A stretch of 64,000 bases of DNA. Source: the human T2T-CHM13v2.0 reference genome, Homo sapiens. The stretch lies in assembly GCF_009914755.1 (NCBI RefSeq), contig NC_060944.1. One strand, given 5' to 3'. Position numbers and translations under genes: made by a program. Below the pieces are notes generated by a model. It was not told the DNA's origin, did not search any database, and worked only from the letters and a program-made list of their open reading frames with translations. How positions within the stretch are numbered: the stretch's first letter is position 1; each line of letters starts with the position of its first letter. This document shows positions 49,879 to 63,400 of the stretch, in pieces.

Positions 49879-52800
49879 GTGTTTCAAACCTTCTCTACGA
49901 AAGGGCATGTTCTCCTCTGTGACGTCAATGCAAACATCCCAAAGAAGTTTCTGAGAATGCTTCTGTCTGGATTTTATCTGAAGACAATCCCGTTTCCAAC
50001 GAAATCCTCAAAGGTATGCAAATATGCTCCTGCAGATTCTACAAAAAGAGTGTTTCAAAACTGCTCTATGAAAAGAAAGGTTTGACTCTGTTAGTAGAGG
50101 GCACACATCACAAACAAGTTGCCGAGAATGCTTCTGTCTGGTTTTTATGGGAAGATATTTCCTTTTCCAACACAAGCCTGAATGCGCTCCAAATGGACAC
50201 TTCCAGATACGACAAAAGGAGTGTTTCAAACCTGTTCTATGAAAGGGAACGTTCCATTCTGTGACTTGAATGCAAACATCACCAAGTAGTTTCTCAGAAC
50301 GCTGCTGTCTGATTTTATATGTATTCCCGTTTCCAACGAAATCGTCAAAGCCAGCCAAATATCCACTTGCAGGTTCCACAGAAAGAGTGTTTCAAAACTG
50401 CTCTCTCAAAAGACATGTTCAAGTCTGTCAGTTGAGGACATACATCACAAAAAAGTTTCTGAGAATACCTCTGTCTAGTTTTTATGGGAAGATATTTCCT
50501 TTTTCACCGTAGGCCTCAAAGCGCTCCAAATGTCCACTTCCAGGGAATGGAAAAAGAGTGTTTCCAACCTGCTCTATGAAAGCGAATGTTCAACTCCGTG
50601 ACTTCAATGCAACCATCACGAGGAAGTTTCTGAGAATGCTTCTGTCTAGATTTTATAAGAAGATATTCCCGTTTCCAAAGAAATCCTCAAAGCTATCCAA
50701 ATATCCACTTGGAGATTCTACAAAAAGAGTGTTTCAAAACTGCTCTATCAAAAGAAATGTTCTACTCCGTCAGTTGAGGACACACATCACGAATAAGTTT
50801 CTGACAATGCTTCTGTCTAGTTTTTATGGGAAGATATGTCCTTTTTCACCTTAGGCCGGAAAGCGCCCCAAAAGTCCAGTTACAGACACTACAAAAAGAG
50901 TGTTTCAAACCTGCTCTGTGAAAGGGAATATTAAATTCTGTGACTTGAATGCAAACATCACAAAGAAGTTGCTGAGAATGCTGCTGTCTGCTTTTTATAC
51001 CTTATCCCGTTTCCAACGAAATCCTCAAATCTAGCCAAGTATCCAATTGCAGTCTCCACAAAAAGAGTGTTTCAAAACTATACGGTCCAAAGAAATGTTC
51101 AACTCTGTTAGTTGAGGACACACATCAGAGACTAGCTTCTGAGAATGCTTCTGTCCAGTTGTTACGGGAAGATATTTCCTTTTTCAACATAGGCCTGAAA
51201 CCGCTTCAAATGTCCACTTCCAGATCCTGCAAAGAGAGTGTTTCAAACCTTCTCGACGAAAGGGCATGTTCTCCTCTGTGACGTCAATGCAAACATCCCA
51301 AAGAAGTTTCTGAGAATGCTTCTGTCTGGATTTTATCTGAAGACAATCCCGTTTCCAACGAAATCCTCAAAGCTATGCAAATATGCTCCTGCAGATTCTA
51401 CAAAAAGAGTGTTTCAAAACTGCTCTAGGAAAAGAAAGTTTCGACTCTGTCAGTAGAGGGCACACATCACAAACAAGTTGCCGAAAATGCTTCTGTCTGG
51501 TTTTTATGGGAAGATATTTCCTTTTCCAACACAAGCCTGAATGCGCTCCAAATGGACACTTCCAGATACGACAAAAGGAATGTTTCAAACCTGTTCTATG
51601 AAAGGGAACGTTCCATTCTGTGACTTGAATGCAAACATCACCAAGTAGTTTCTCAGAACGCTGCTGTCTGCTTTTTATATGTATTCCCGTGTCCAACGAA
51701 ATCGTCAAAGCCAGCCAAATATCCACTTGCAGGTTCCACAGAAAGAGTGTTTCAAAACTGCTCTCTCAAAAGACATGTTCAACTCTGTCAGTTGAGGACA
51801 CACATCACAAAGAAGTTTCTGAGAATGCTTCTGTCTAGTTTTTATGGGAAGATATTTCCTTTTTCACCATAGGCCTCAAAGCGCTCCACATGTCCACTTC
51901 CAGGGAATGGAAAAAGAGTGTTTCCAACCTGCTCTACGAAAGCGAATGTTCAACTCCGTGACTTGAATGCAACCATCACGAGGAAGTTTCTGAGAATGCT
52001 TCTGTCTAGATTTTATATGAAGATATTCCCGTTTCCAACGAAATCCTCAAAGCTATCCAAATATCCACTTGGAGATTCTACAAAAAGAGTGTTTCAAAAC
52101 TGCTCTATCAAAAGAAAGGTTCTACTCCGTCAGTTGAGGACACACATCACGAATAAGTTTCTGACAATGCTTCTGTCTAGTTTTTATGGGAAGATATGTC
52201 CTTTTTCACCTTAGGCCGGAAAGCGCCCCAAAAGTCCAGTTACAGACACTACAAAAAGAGTGTTTCAAACCTGCTCTGTGAAAGGGAATGTTCAATTCTG
52301 TGACTTGAATGCAAACATCACAAAGAAGTTGCTGAGAATGCTGCTGTCTGCTTTTTATACCTTATCCCGTTTCCAACGAAATCCTCAAATCTAGCCAAGT
52401 ATCCACTTGCAGTCTCCACAAAAAGAGTGTTTCAAAACTGTACTGTCCAAAGAAATGTTCAACTCTGTTAGTTGAGGACACACATCAGAGACTAGCTTCT
52501 GAGAATGCTTCTGTCCAGTTGTTACGGGAAGATATTTCCTTTTTCAACATAGGCCTGAAACCGCTTCAAATGTCCACTTCCAGATACTGCAAAGAGAGTG
52601 TTTCAAACCTTCTCGACGAAAGGGCATGTTCTCCTCTGTGACGTCAATGCAAACATCCCAAAGAAGTTTCTGAGAATGCTTCTGTCTGGATTTTATCTGA
52701 AGACAATCCCGTTTCCAACGAAATCCTCAAAGCTATGCAAATATGCTCCTGCAGATTCTACAAAAAGAGTGTTTCAAAACTGCTCTAGGAAAAGAAAGGT

Positions 52801-55800
52801 TCGACTCTGTCAATACAGGGCACACATCACAAACAAGTTGCCGAGAATGCTTCAGTCTGGTTTTTATGGGAAGATATTTCCTTTTCCAACACAAGCCTGA
52901 ATGCGCTCCAAATGGACACTTCCAGATACGACAAAAGGAATGTTTCAAACCTGTTCTATGAAAGGGAACGTTCCATTCTGTGACTTGAATGCAAACATCA
53001 CCAAGTAGTTTCTCAGAACGCTGCTGTCTGCTTTTTATATGTATTCCCGTTTCCAACGAAATCGTCAAAGCCAGCCAAATATCCACTTGCAGGTTCCACA
53101 GAAAGAGTGTTTCAAAACTGCTCTCTCAAAAGACATGTTCAACTCTGTCAGTTGAGGACACACATCACAAAGAAGTTTCTGAGAATGCTTCTGTCTAGTT
53201 TTTATGGGAAGATATTTCCTTTTTCACCATAGGCCTCAAAGCGCTCCACATGTCCACTTCCAGGGAATGGAAAAAGAGTGTTTCCAACCTGCTCTATGAA
53301 GGCGAATGTTCAACTCCGTGACTTGAATGCAACCATCACGAGGAAGTTTCTGAGAATGCTTCTGTCTAGATTTTATATGAAGATATTCCCTTTTCCAACG
53401 AAATCCTCAAAGCTATCCAAATATCCACTTGGAGATTCTACAAAAAGAGTGTTTCAAAACTGCTCTATCAAAAGAAAGGTTCTACTCCGTCAGTTGAGGA
53501 CACACATCACGAATAAGTTTCTGACAATGCTTCTGTCTAGTTTTTATGGGAAGATATGTCCTTTTTCACCTTAGGCCAGAAAGCGCCCCAAAAGTCCAGT
53601 TACAGACACTACAAAAAGAGTGTTTCAAACCTGCTCTGTGAAAGGGAATGTTCAATTCTGTGACTTGAATGCAAACATCACAAAGAAGTTGCTGAGAATG
53701 CTGCTGTCTGCTTTTTATACCTTATCCCGTTTCCAACGAAATCCTCAAATCTAGCCAAGTATCCACTTGCAGTCTCCACAAAAAGAGTGTTTCAAAACTG
53801 TACTGTCCAAAGAAATGTTCAACTCTGTTAGTTGAGGACACACATCAGAGACTAGCTTCTGAGAATGCTTCTGTCCAGTTGTTACGGGAAGATATTTCCT
53901 TTTTCAACATAGGCCTGAAACCGCTTCAAATGTCCACTTCCAGATACTGCAAAGAGAGTGTTTCAAACCTTCTCGACGAAAGGGCATGTTCTCCTCTGTG
54001 ACGTCAATGCAAACATCCCAAAGAAGTTTCTGAGAATGCTTCTGTCTGGATTTTATCTGAAGACAATCCCGTTTCCAACGAAATCCTCAAAGCTATGCAA
54101 ATATGCTCCTGCAGATTCTACAAAAAGAGTGTTTCAAAACTGCTCTAGGAAAAGAAAGGTTCGACTCTGTCAGTAGAGGGCACACATCACAAACAAGTTG
54201 CCGAGAATGCTTCTGTCTGGTTTTTATGGGAAGATATTTCCTTTTCCAACACAAGCCTGAATGCGCTCCAAATGGACACTTCCAGATACGACAAAAGGAG
54301 TGTTTCAAACCTGTTCTATGAAAGGGAACGTTCCATTCTGTGACTTGAATGCAAACATCACCAAGTAGTTTCTCAGAACGCTGCTGTCTGCTTTTTATAT
54401 GTATTCCCGTGTCCAACGAAATCGTCAAAGCCAGACAAATATCCACTTGCAGGTTCCACAGAAAGAGTGTTTCAAAACTGCTCTCTCAAAAGACATGTTC
54501 AACTCTGTCAGTTGAGGACACACATCACAAAGAAGTTTCTGAGAATGCTTCTGTCTAGTTTTTATGGGAAGATATTTCCTTTTTCACCATAGGCCTCAAA
54601 GCGCTCCACATGTCCACTTCCAGGGAATGGAAAAAGAGTGTTTCCAACCTGCTCTATGAACGCGAATGTTCAACTCCGTGACTTGAATGCAACCATCACG
54701 AGGAAGTTTCTGAGAATGCTTCTGTCTAGATTTTATATGAAGATATTCCCGTTTCCAACGAAATCCTCAAAGCTATGCAAATATCCACTTGGAGATTCTA
54801 CAAAAAGAGTTTTCAAAACTGCTCTATCAAAAGAAAGGTTCTACTCAGTCAGTTGAGGACACACATCACGAATAAGTTTCTGACAATGCTTCTGTCTAGT
54901 TTTTATGGGAAGATATGTCCTTTTTCACCTTAGGCCGGAAAGCGCCCCAAAAGTCCAGTTACAGACACTACAAAAAGAGTGTTTCAAACCTGCTCTGTGA
55001 AAGGGAATGTTCAATTCTGTGACTTGAATGCAAACATCACAAAGAAGTTGCTGAGAATGCTGCTGTCTGCTTTTTATACCTTATCCCGTTTCCAACGAAA
55101 TCCTCAAATCTAGCCAAGTATCCACTTGCAGTCTCCACAAAAAGAGTGTTTCAAAACTGTACTGTCCAAAGAAATGTTCAACTCTGTTAGTTGAGGACAC
55201 ACATCAGAGACTAGCTTCTGAGAATGCTTCTGTCCAGTTGTTACGGGAAGATATTTCCTTTTTCAACATAGGCCTGAAACCGCTTCAAATGTCCACTTCC
55301 AGATACTGCAAAGAGAGTGTTTCAAACCTTCTCTAGGAAAGGGCATGTTCTCCTCTGTGACGTCAATGCAAACATCCCAAAGAAGTTTCTGAGAATGCTT
55401 CTGTCTGGATTTTATCTGAAGACAATCCCGTTTCCAACGAAATCCTCAAAGCTATGCAAATATGCTCCTGCAGATTCTACAAAAAGAGTGTTTTAAAACT
55501 GCTCTATGAAAAGAAAGGTACGACCCTTTCAGTAGAGGGCACACATCACAAACAAGTTGCCGAGAATGCTTCTGTCTGGTTTTTATGGGAAGATATTTCC
55601 TTTTCCAACACTAGCCTGAATGCGCTCCAAATGGACACATCCAGATACGACAAAAGGCGTGTTTCAAACATGTTCTATGAAAGGGAACGTTCCATTGTGT
55701 GACTTGAATGCAAACATCACCAAGTAGCTTCTCAGAACGCTGCTGTCTGCTTTTTATATGTATTCCCGTTTCCAAAGAAATCGTCAAAGCCAGCCAAATA

Positions 55801-56676
55801 TCCACTTGCAGGTTCCACAAAAAGAGTGTTTCAAAACTGCTCTCTCAAAAGACACGTTCAACTCTGTCAGTTGAGGACACACATCACAAATAAGTTTCTG
55901 AGAATGCTTCTGTCTAGTTTTTATGGGAAGATATTTCCTTTTTCACCATAGGCCTCAAAGCGCTCCACATGTCCACTTCCAGGGAATGGAAAAAGAGTGT
56001 TTCCAACCTGCTCTATGAAAGCGAATGTTCAACTCCGTGACTTGAATGCAACCATCACGAGGAAGTTTCTGAGAATGCTTCTGTCTAGATTTTATATGAA
56101 GATATTCCCGTTTCCAACGAAATCCTCAAAGCTATCCAAATATCCACTTGGAGATTCTACAAAAAGAGTGTTTCAAAACTGCTCTATCAAAAGAAACGTT
56201 CTACTCCGTCAGTTGAGGACACACATCACGAATAAGTTTCTGACAATGCTTCTGTCTAGTTTTTATGGGAAGATATGTCCTTTTTCACCTTAGGCCGGAA
56301 AGCGTCCCAAAAGTCCAGTTACAGACACTACAAAAAGAGTGTTTCAAACCTGCTCTGTGAAAGGGAATGTTCAATTCTGTGACTTGAATGCAAACATCAC
56401 AAAGAAGTTGCTGAGAATGCTGCTGTCTGCTTTTTATACCTTATCCCGTTTCCAACGAAATCCTCAAATCTAGCCAAGTATCCACTTGCAGTCTCCACAA
56501 AAAGAGTGTTTCAAAACTGTACTGTCCAAAGAAATGTTCAACTCTGTTAGTTGAGGACACACATCAGAGACTAGCTTCTGAGAATGCTTCTGTCCAGTTG
56601 TTACGGGAAGATATTTCCTTTTTCAACATAGGCCTGAAACCGCTTCAAATGTCCACTTCCAGATACTGCAAAGAGA

Positions 56677-59600
56677 GTGTTTCAAACCTTCTCTAGGAAA
56701 GGGCATGTTCTCCTCTGTGACGTCAATGCAAACATCCCAAAGAAGTTTCTGAGAATGCTTCTGTCTGGATTTTATCTGAAGACAATCCCGTTTCCAACGA
56801 AATCCTCAAAGCTATGCAAATATGCTCCTGCAGATTCTACAAAAAGAGTGTTTCAAAACTGCTCTAGGAAAAGAAAGGTTCGACTCTGTCAGTAGAGGGC
56901 ACACTTCACAAACAAGTTGCCGAGAATGCTTCTGTCTGGTTTTTATGGGAAGATATTTCCTTTTCCAACACAAGCCTGAATGCGCTCCAAATGGACACAT
57001 CCAGATACGACAAAAGGAGGGTTTCAAAACTGTTCTGTGAAAGGGAACGTTCCATTCTGTGACTTGAATGCAAACATCACCAAGTAGTTTCTCAGAACGC
57101 TGCTGTCTGCTTTTAATATGTATTCCCGTTTCCAACGAAATCGTCAAAGCCAGCCAAATATCCACTTGCAGGTTCCACAGAAAGAGTGTTTCAAAACTGC
57201 TCTCTCAAAAGACATTTTCAACTCTGTCAGTTGAGGACACACATCAGAAAGAAGTTTCTGAGAATGCTTCTGTCTAGTTTTTATGGGAAGATATTTCCTT
57301 TTTCACCATAGGCCTCAAAGCGCTCCACATGTCCACTTCCAGGGAATGGAAAAAGAGTGTTTCCAACCTGCTCTATGAAGGCGAATGTTCAACTCCGTGA
57401 CTTGAATGCAACCATCACGAGGAAGTTTCTGAGAATGCTTCTGTCTAGATTTTATATGAAGATATTCCCGTTTCCAACGAAATCCTCAAAGCTATCCAAA
57501 TATCCACTTGGAGATTCTACAAAAAGAGTGTTTCAAAACTGCTCTATCAAAAGAAAGGTTCTACTCCGTCAGTTGAGGACACACATCACGAATAAGTTTC
57601 TGACAATGCTTCTGTCTAGTTTTTATGGGAAGATATGTCCTTTTTCACCTTAGGCCGGAAAGCGCCCCAAAAGTCCAGTTACAGACACTACAAAAAGAGT
57701 GTTTCAAACCTGCTCTGTGAAAGGGAATGTTCAATACTGTGACTTGAATGCAAACATCACAAAGAAGTTGCTGAGAATGCTGCTGTCTGCTTTTTATACC
57801 TTATCCCGTTTCCAACGAAATCCTCAAATCTAGCCAAGTATCCACTTGCAGTCTCCACAAAAAGAGTGTTTCAAAACTGTACTGTCCAAAGAAATGTTCA
57901 ACTCTGTTAGTTGAGGACACACATCAGAGACTAGCTTCTGAGAATGCTTCTGTCCAGTTGTTACGGGAAGATATTTCCTTTTTCAACATAGGCCTGAAAC
58001 CGCTTCAAATGTCCACTTCCAGATACTGCAAAGAGAGTGTTTCAAACCTTCTCGACGAAAGGGCATGTTCTCCTCTGTGACGTCAATGCAAACATCCCAA
58101 AGAAGTTTCTGAGAATGCTTCTGTCTGGATTTTATCTGAAGACAATCCCGTTTCCAACGAAATCCTCAAAGCTATGCAAATATGCTCCTGCAGATTCTAC
58201 AAAAAGAGTGTTTCAAAACTGCTCTAGGAAAAGAAAGGTTCGACTCTGTCAGTAGAGGGCACACTTCACAAACAAGTTGCCGAGAATGCTTCTGTCTGGT
58301 TTTTATGGGAAGATATTTCCTTTTCCAACACAAGCCTGAATGCGCACCAAATGGACACATCCAGATACGACAAAAGGAGGGTTACAAAACTGTTCTGTGA
58401 AAGGGAACGTTCCATTCTGTGACTTGAATGCAAACATCACCAAGTAGTTTCTCAGAACACTGCTGTCTGCTTTTAATATGTATTCCCGTTTCCAACGAAA
58501 TCGTCAAAGCCAGCCAAATATCCACTTGCAGGTTCCACAGAAAGAGTGTTTCAAAACTGCTCTCTCCAAAGACATTTTCAACTCTGTCAGTTGAGGACAC
58601 ACATCAGAAAGAAGTTTCTGAGAATGCTTCTGTCTAGTTTTTATGGGAAGATATTTCCTTTTTCACCATAGGCCTCAAAGCGCTCCACATGTCCACTTCC
58701 AGGGAATGGAAAAAGAGTGTTTCCCACCTGCTCTATGAAAGCGAATGTTCAACTCCGTGACTTGAATGCAACCATCACGAGGAAGTTTCTGAGAATGCTT
58801 CTGTCTAGATTTTATATGAAGATATTCCCGTTTCCAACGAAATCCTCAAAGCTATCCAAATATCCACTTGGAGATTCTACAAAAAGAGTGTTTCAAAACT
58901 GCTCTATCAAAAGAAAGGTTCTACTCCGTCAGTTGAGGACACACATCACGAATAAGTTTCTGACAATGCTTCTGTCTAGTTTTTATGGGAAGATATGTCC
59001 TTTTTCACCTTAGGCCGGAAAGCGCCCCAAAAGTCCAGTTACAGACACTACAAAAAGAGTGTTTCAAACCTGCTCTGTGAAAGGGAATGTTCAATACTGT
59101 GACTTGAATGCAAACATCACAAAGAAGTTGCTGAGAATGCTGCTGTCTGCTTTTTATACCTTATCCCGTTTCCAACGAAATCCTCAAATCTAGCCAAGTA
59201 TCCACTTGCAGTCTCCACAAAAAGAGTGTTTCAAAACTGTACTGTCCAAAGAAATGTTCAACTCTGTTAGTTGAGGACACACATCAGAGACTAGCTTCTG
59301 AGAATGCTTCTGTCCAGTTGTTACGGGAAGATATTTCCTTTTTCAACATAGGCCTGAAACCGCTTCAAATGTCCACTTCCAGATACTGCAAAGAGAGTGT
59401 TTCAAACCTTCTCGACGAAAGGGCATGTTCTCCTCTGTGACGTCAATGCAAACATCCCAAAGAAGTTTCTGAGAATGCTTCTGTCTGGATTTTATCTGAA
59501 GACAATCCCGTTTCCAACGAAATCCTCAAAGCTATGCAAATATGCTCCTGCAGATTCTACAAAAAGAGTGTTTCAAAACTGCTCTAGGAAAAGAAAGGTT

Positions 59601-60400
59601 CGACTCTGTCAGTAGAGGGCACACTTCACAAACAAGTTGCCGAGAATGCTTCTGTCTGGTTTTTATGGGAAGATATTTCCTTTTCCAACACAAGCCTGAA
59701 TGCGCACCAAATGGACACATCCAGATACGACAAAAGGAGGGTTTCAAAACTGTTCTGTGAAAGGGAACGTTCCATTCTGTGACTTGAATGCAAACATCAC
59801 CAAGTAGTTTCTCAGAACGCTGCTGTCTGCTTTTAATATGTATTCCCGTTTCCAACGAAATCGTCAAAGCCAGCCAAATATCCACTTGCAGGTTCCACAG
59901 AAAGAGTGTTTCAAAACTGCTCTCTCCAAAGACATTTTCAACTCTGTCAGTTGAGGACACACATCAGAAAGAAGTTTCTGAGAATGCTTCTGTCTAGTTT
60001 TTATGGGAAGATATTTCCTTTTTCACCATAGGCCTCAAAGCGCTCCACATGTCCACTTCCAGGGAATGGAAAAAGAGTGTTTCCCACCTGCTCTATGAAA
60101 GCGAATGTTCAACTCCGTGACTTGAATGCAACCATCACGAGGAAGTTTCTGAGAATGCTTCTGTCTAGATTTTATATGAAGATATTCCCGTTTCCAACGA
60201 AATCCTCAAAGCTATCCAAATATCCACTTGGAGATTCTACAAAAAGAGTGTTTCAAAACTGCTCTATCAAAAGAAAGGTTCTACTCCGTCAGTTGAGGAC
60301 ACACATCACGAATAAGTTTCTGACAATGCTTCTGTCTAGTTTTTATGGGAAGATATGTCCTTTTTCACCTTAGGCCGGAAAGCGCCCCAAAATTCCAGTT
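56677..60400 (-). repeat. Tandem triplication of one HOR haplotype
   Basis: acacttcaca (56901/58261/59621), atggacacat, aaggaggg, ttttaatatg, gacattttca and acatcagaaa recur in three consecutive HORs. Confidence 0.88.
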
Positions 60401-63400
60401 ACAGACACTACAAAAAGAGTGTTTCAAACCTGCTCTGTGAAAGGGAATGTTCAATTCTGTGACTTGAATGCAAACATCACAAAGAAGTTGCTGAGAATGC
60501 TGCTGTCTGCTTTTTATACCTTATCCCGTTTCCAACGAAATCCTCAAATCTAGCCAAGTATCCACTTGCAGTCTCCACAAAAAGAGTGTTTCAAAACTGT
60601 ACTGTCCAAAGAAATGTTCAACTCTGTTAGTTGAGGACACACATCAGAGACTAGCTTCTGAGAATGCTTCTGTCCAGTTGTTACGGGAAGATATTTCCTT
60701 TTTCAACATAGGCCTGAAACCGCTTCAAATGTCCACTTCCAGATTCTGCAAAGAGAGTGTTTCAAACCTTCTCGATGAAAGGGCATGTTCTCCTCTGTGA
60801 CGTCAATGCAAACATCCCAAAGAAGTTTCTGAGAATGCTTCTGTCTGGATTTTATCTGAAGACAATCCCGTTTCCAAAGAAATCCTCAAAGCTATGCAAA
60901 TATGCTCCTGCAGATTCTACAAAAAGAGTGTTTCAAAACTGCTCTAGGAAAAGAAAGGTACGACCCTGTTAGTAGAGGGCACACATCACAAACAAGTTGC
61001 CGAGAATGCTTCTGTCTGGTTTTTATGGGAAGATATTTCCTTTTCCAACACTAGCCTGAATGCGCTCCAAATGGACACTTCCAGATACGACAAAAGGCGT
61101 GTTTCAATCCTGTTCTATGAAAGGGAACGTTCCATTCTGTGACTTGAATGCAAACATCACCAAGTAGTTTCTCAGAACGCTGCTGTCTGCTTTTTATATG
61201 TATTCCCGTTTCCAACGAAATCGTCAAAGCCAGCCAAATATCCACTTGCAGGTTCCACAGAAAGAGTGTTTCAAAACTGCTCTCTCAAAAGACATGTTCA
61301 ACTCTGTCAGTTGAGGACACACATCACAAATAAGTTTCTGAGAATGCTTCTGTCTAGTTTTTATGGGATGATATTTCCTTTTTCACCATAGGCCTCAAAG
61401 CGCTCCACATGTCCACTTCCAGGGAATGGAAAAAGAGTGTTTCCAACCTGCTCTATGAAAGCGAATGTTCAACTCCGTGACTTGAATGCAACCATCACAA
61501 GGAAGTTTCTGAGAATGCTTCTGTCTAGATTTTATATGAAGATATTCCCGTTGCCAACGAAATCCTCAAAGCTATCCAAATATCCACTTGGAGATTCTAC
61601 AAAAAGAGTGTTTCAAAACTGCTCTATCAAAAGAAAGGTTCTACTCCGTCAGTTGAGGACACACATCAGGAATAAGATTCTGACAATGCTTCTGTCTAGT
61701 TTTTATGGGAATATATGTCCTTTTTCACCATAGGCCGGAAAGCGCCCCAAAAATCCACTTACAGACACTACAAAAAGAGTGTTTCAAACCTGCTCTGTGA
61801 AAGAGAATGTTCAATTCTGTGACTTGAATGCAAACATCACAAAGAAGTTGCTGAGAATGCTGCTGTCTGCTTTTTATACCTTATCCCGTATCCAACGAAA
61901 TCCTCAAATCTAGCAAGTATCCACTTGCAGTCTCCACAAAAAGAGTGTTGCAAAACTGTACTGTCCAAAGAAATGTTCAACTCTGTTAGTTGAGGACACA
62001 CATCAGAGACTAGCTTCTGGGAATGCTTCTGTCCAGTTGTTACGGGAAGATATTTCCTTTTTCAACATAGGCCTGAAACCGCTTCAAATGTCCACTTCCA
62101 GATACTGCAAAGAGAGTGTTTCAAACCTTCTCTACGAAAGGGCATGTTCTCCTCTGTGACGTCAATGCAAACATCCCAAAGAAGTTTCTGAGAATGCTTC
62201 TGTCTGGATTTTATCTGAAGACAATCCCGTTTCCAACGAAATCCTCAAAGCTATGCAAATATGCTCCTGCAGATTCTACAAAAAGAGTGTTTCAAAACTG
62301 CTCTAGGAAAAGAAAGGTTCGACTCTGTTAGTAGAGGGCACACATCACAAACAAGTTGCCGAGAATGCTTCTGTCTGGTTTTTATGGGAAGATATTTCCT
62401 TTTCCAACACAAGCCTGAATGTGCTCCAAATGGACACTTCCAGATACGACAAAAGGAGTGTTTCAAACCTGTTCTATGAAAGGGAACGTTGCATTCTGTG
62501 ACTTGAATGCAAACATCACCAAGTAGTTTCTCAGAACGCTGCTGTCTGCTTTTAATATGTATTCCCGTTTCCAACGAAATCGTCAAAGCCAGCCAAATAT
62601 CCACTTGCAGGTTCCACAGAAAGAGTGTTTCAAAACTGCTCTCTCAAAAGACATTTTCAACTCTGTCAGTTGAGGACACACATCACAAATAAGTTTCTGA
62701 GAATGCTTCTGTCTAGTTTTTATGGGAAGATATTTCCTTTTTCACCATAGGCCTCAAAGCGCTCCAAATGTCCACTTCCAGGGAATGGAAAAAGAGTGTT
62801 TCCAACCTGCTCTATGAAAGCGAATGTTGAACTCCGTGTCTTGAATGCAACCATCACAAGGAAGTTTCTGAGAATGCTTCTGTCTAGATTTTATATGAAG
62901 ATATTCCCGTTTCCAACGAAATCCTCAAAGCTATCCAAATATCCACTTGGAGATTCTACAAAAAGAGTGTTTCAAAACTGCTCTATCAAAAGAAAGGTTC
63001 TATTCCGTCAGTTGAGGACACACATCACGAATAAGTTTCTGACAATGCTTCTGTCTAGTTTTTATGGGAAGATATGTCCTTTTTCACCTTAGGCTGGAAA
63101 GCGCCCCAAAAGTCCAGTTACAGACACTACAAAAAGAGTGCTTCGAACCTGCTCTGTGAAAGGGAGTGTTCAATTCTGTGACTTGAATGCAAACATCACA
63201 AAGAAGTTGCTGAGAATGCTGCTGTCTGCTTTTTATACCTTATCCCGTTTCCAACGAAATCCTCAAATCTAGCCAAGTATCCACTTGCACTCTCCACAAA
63301 AAGAGTGTTTCAAAACTGTACTGTCCAAAGAAATGTTTAACTCTGCTAGTTGAGGACACACATCAGAGACTAGCTTCTGAGAATGCTTCTGTCCAGTTGT

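Noticed and set aside
3760-61920. Scattered private 1-bp deletions (~3768, ~25146, ~35730, ~39273, ~54811, ~61914)
   Set aside because: These are ordinary indels or possible consensus errors, often beside homopolymers; only indels shared between copies were used as lineage markers.
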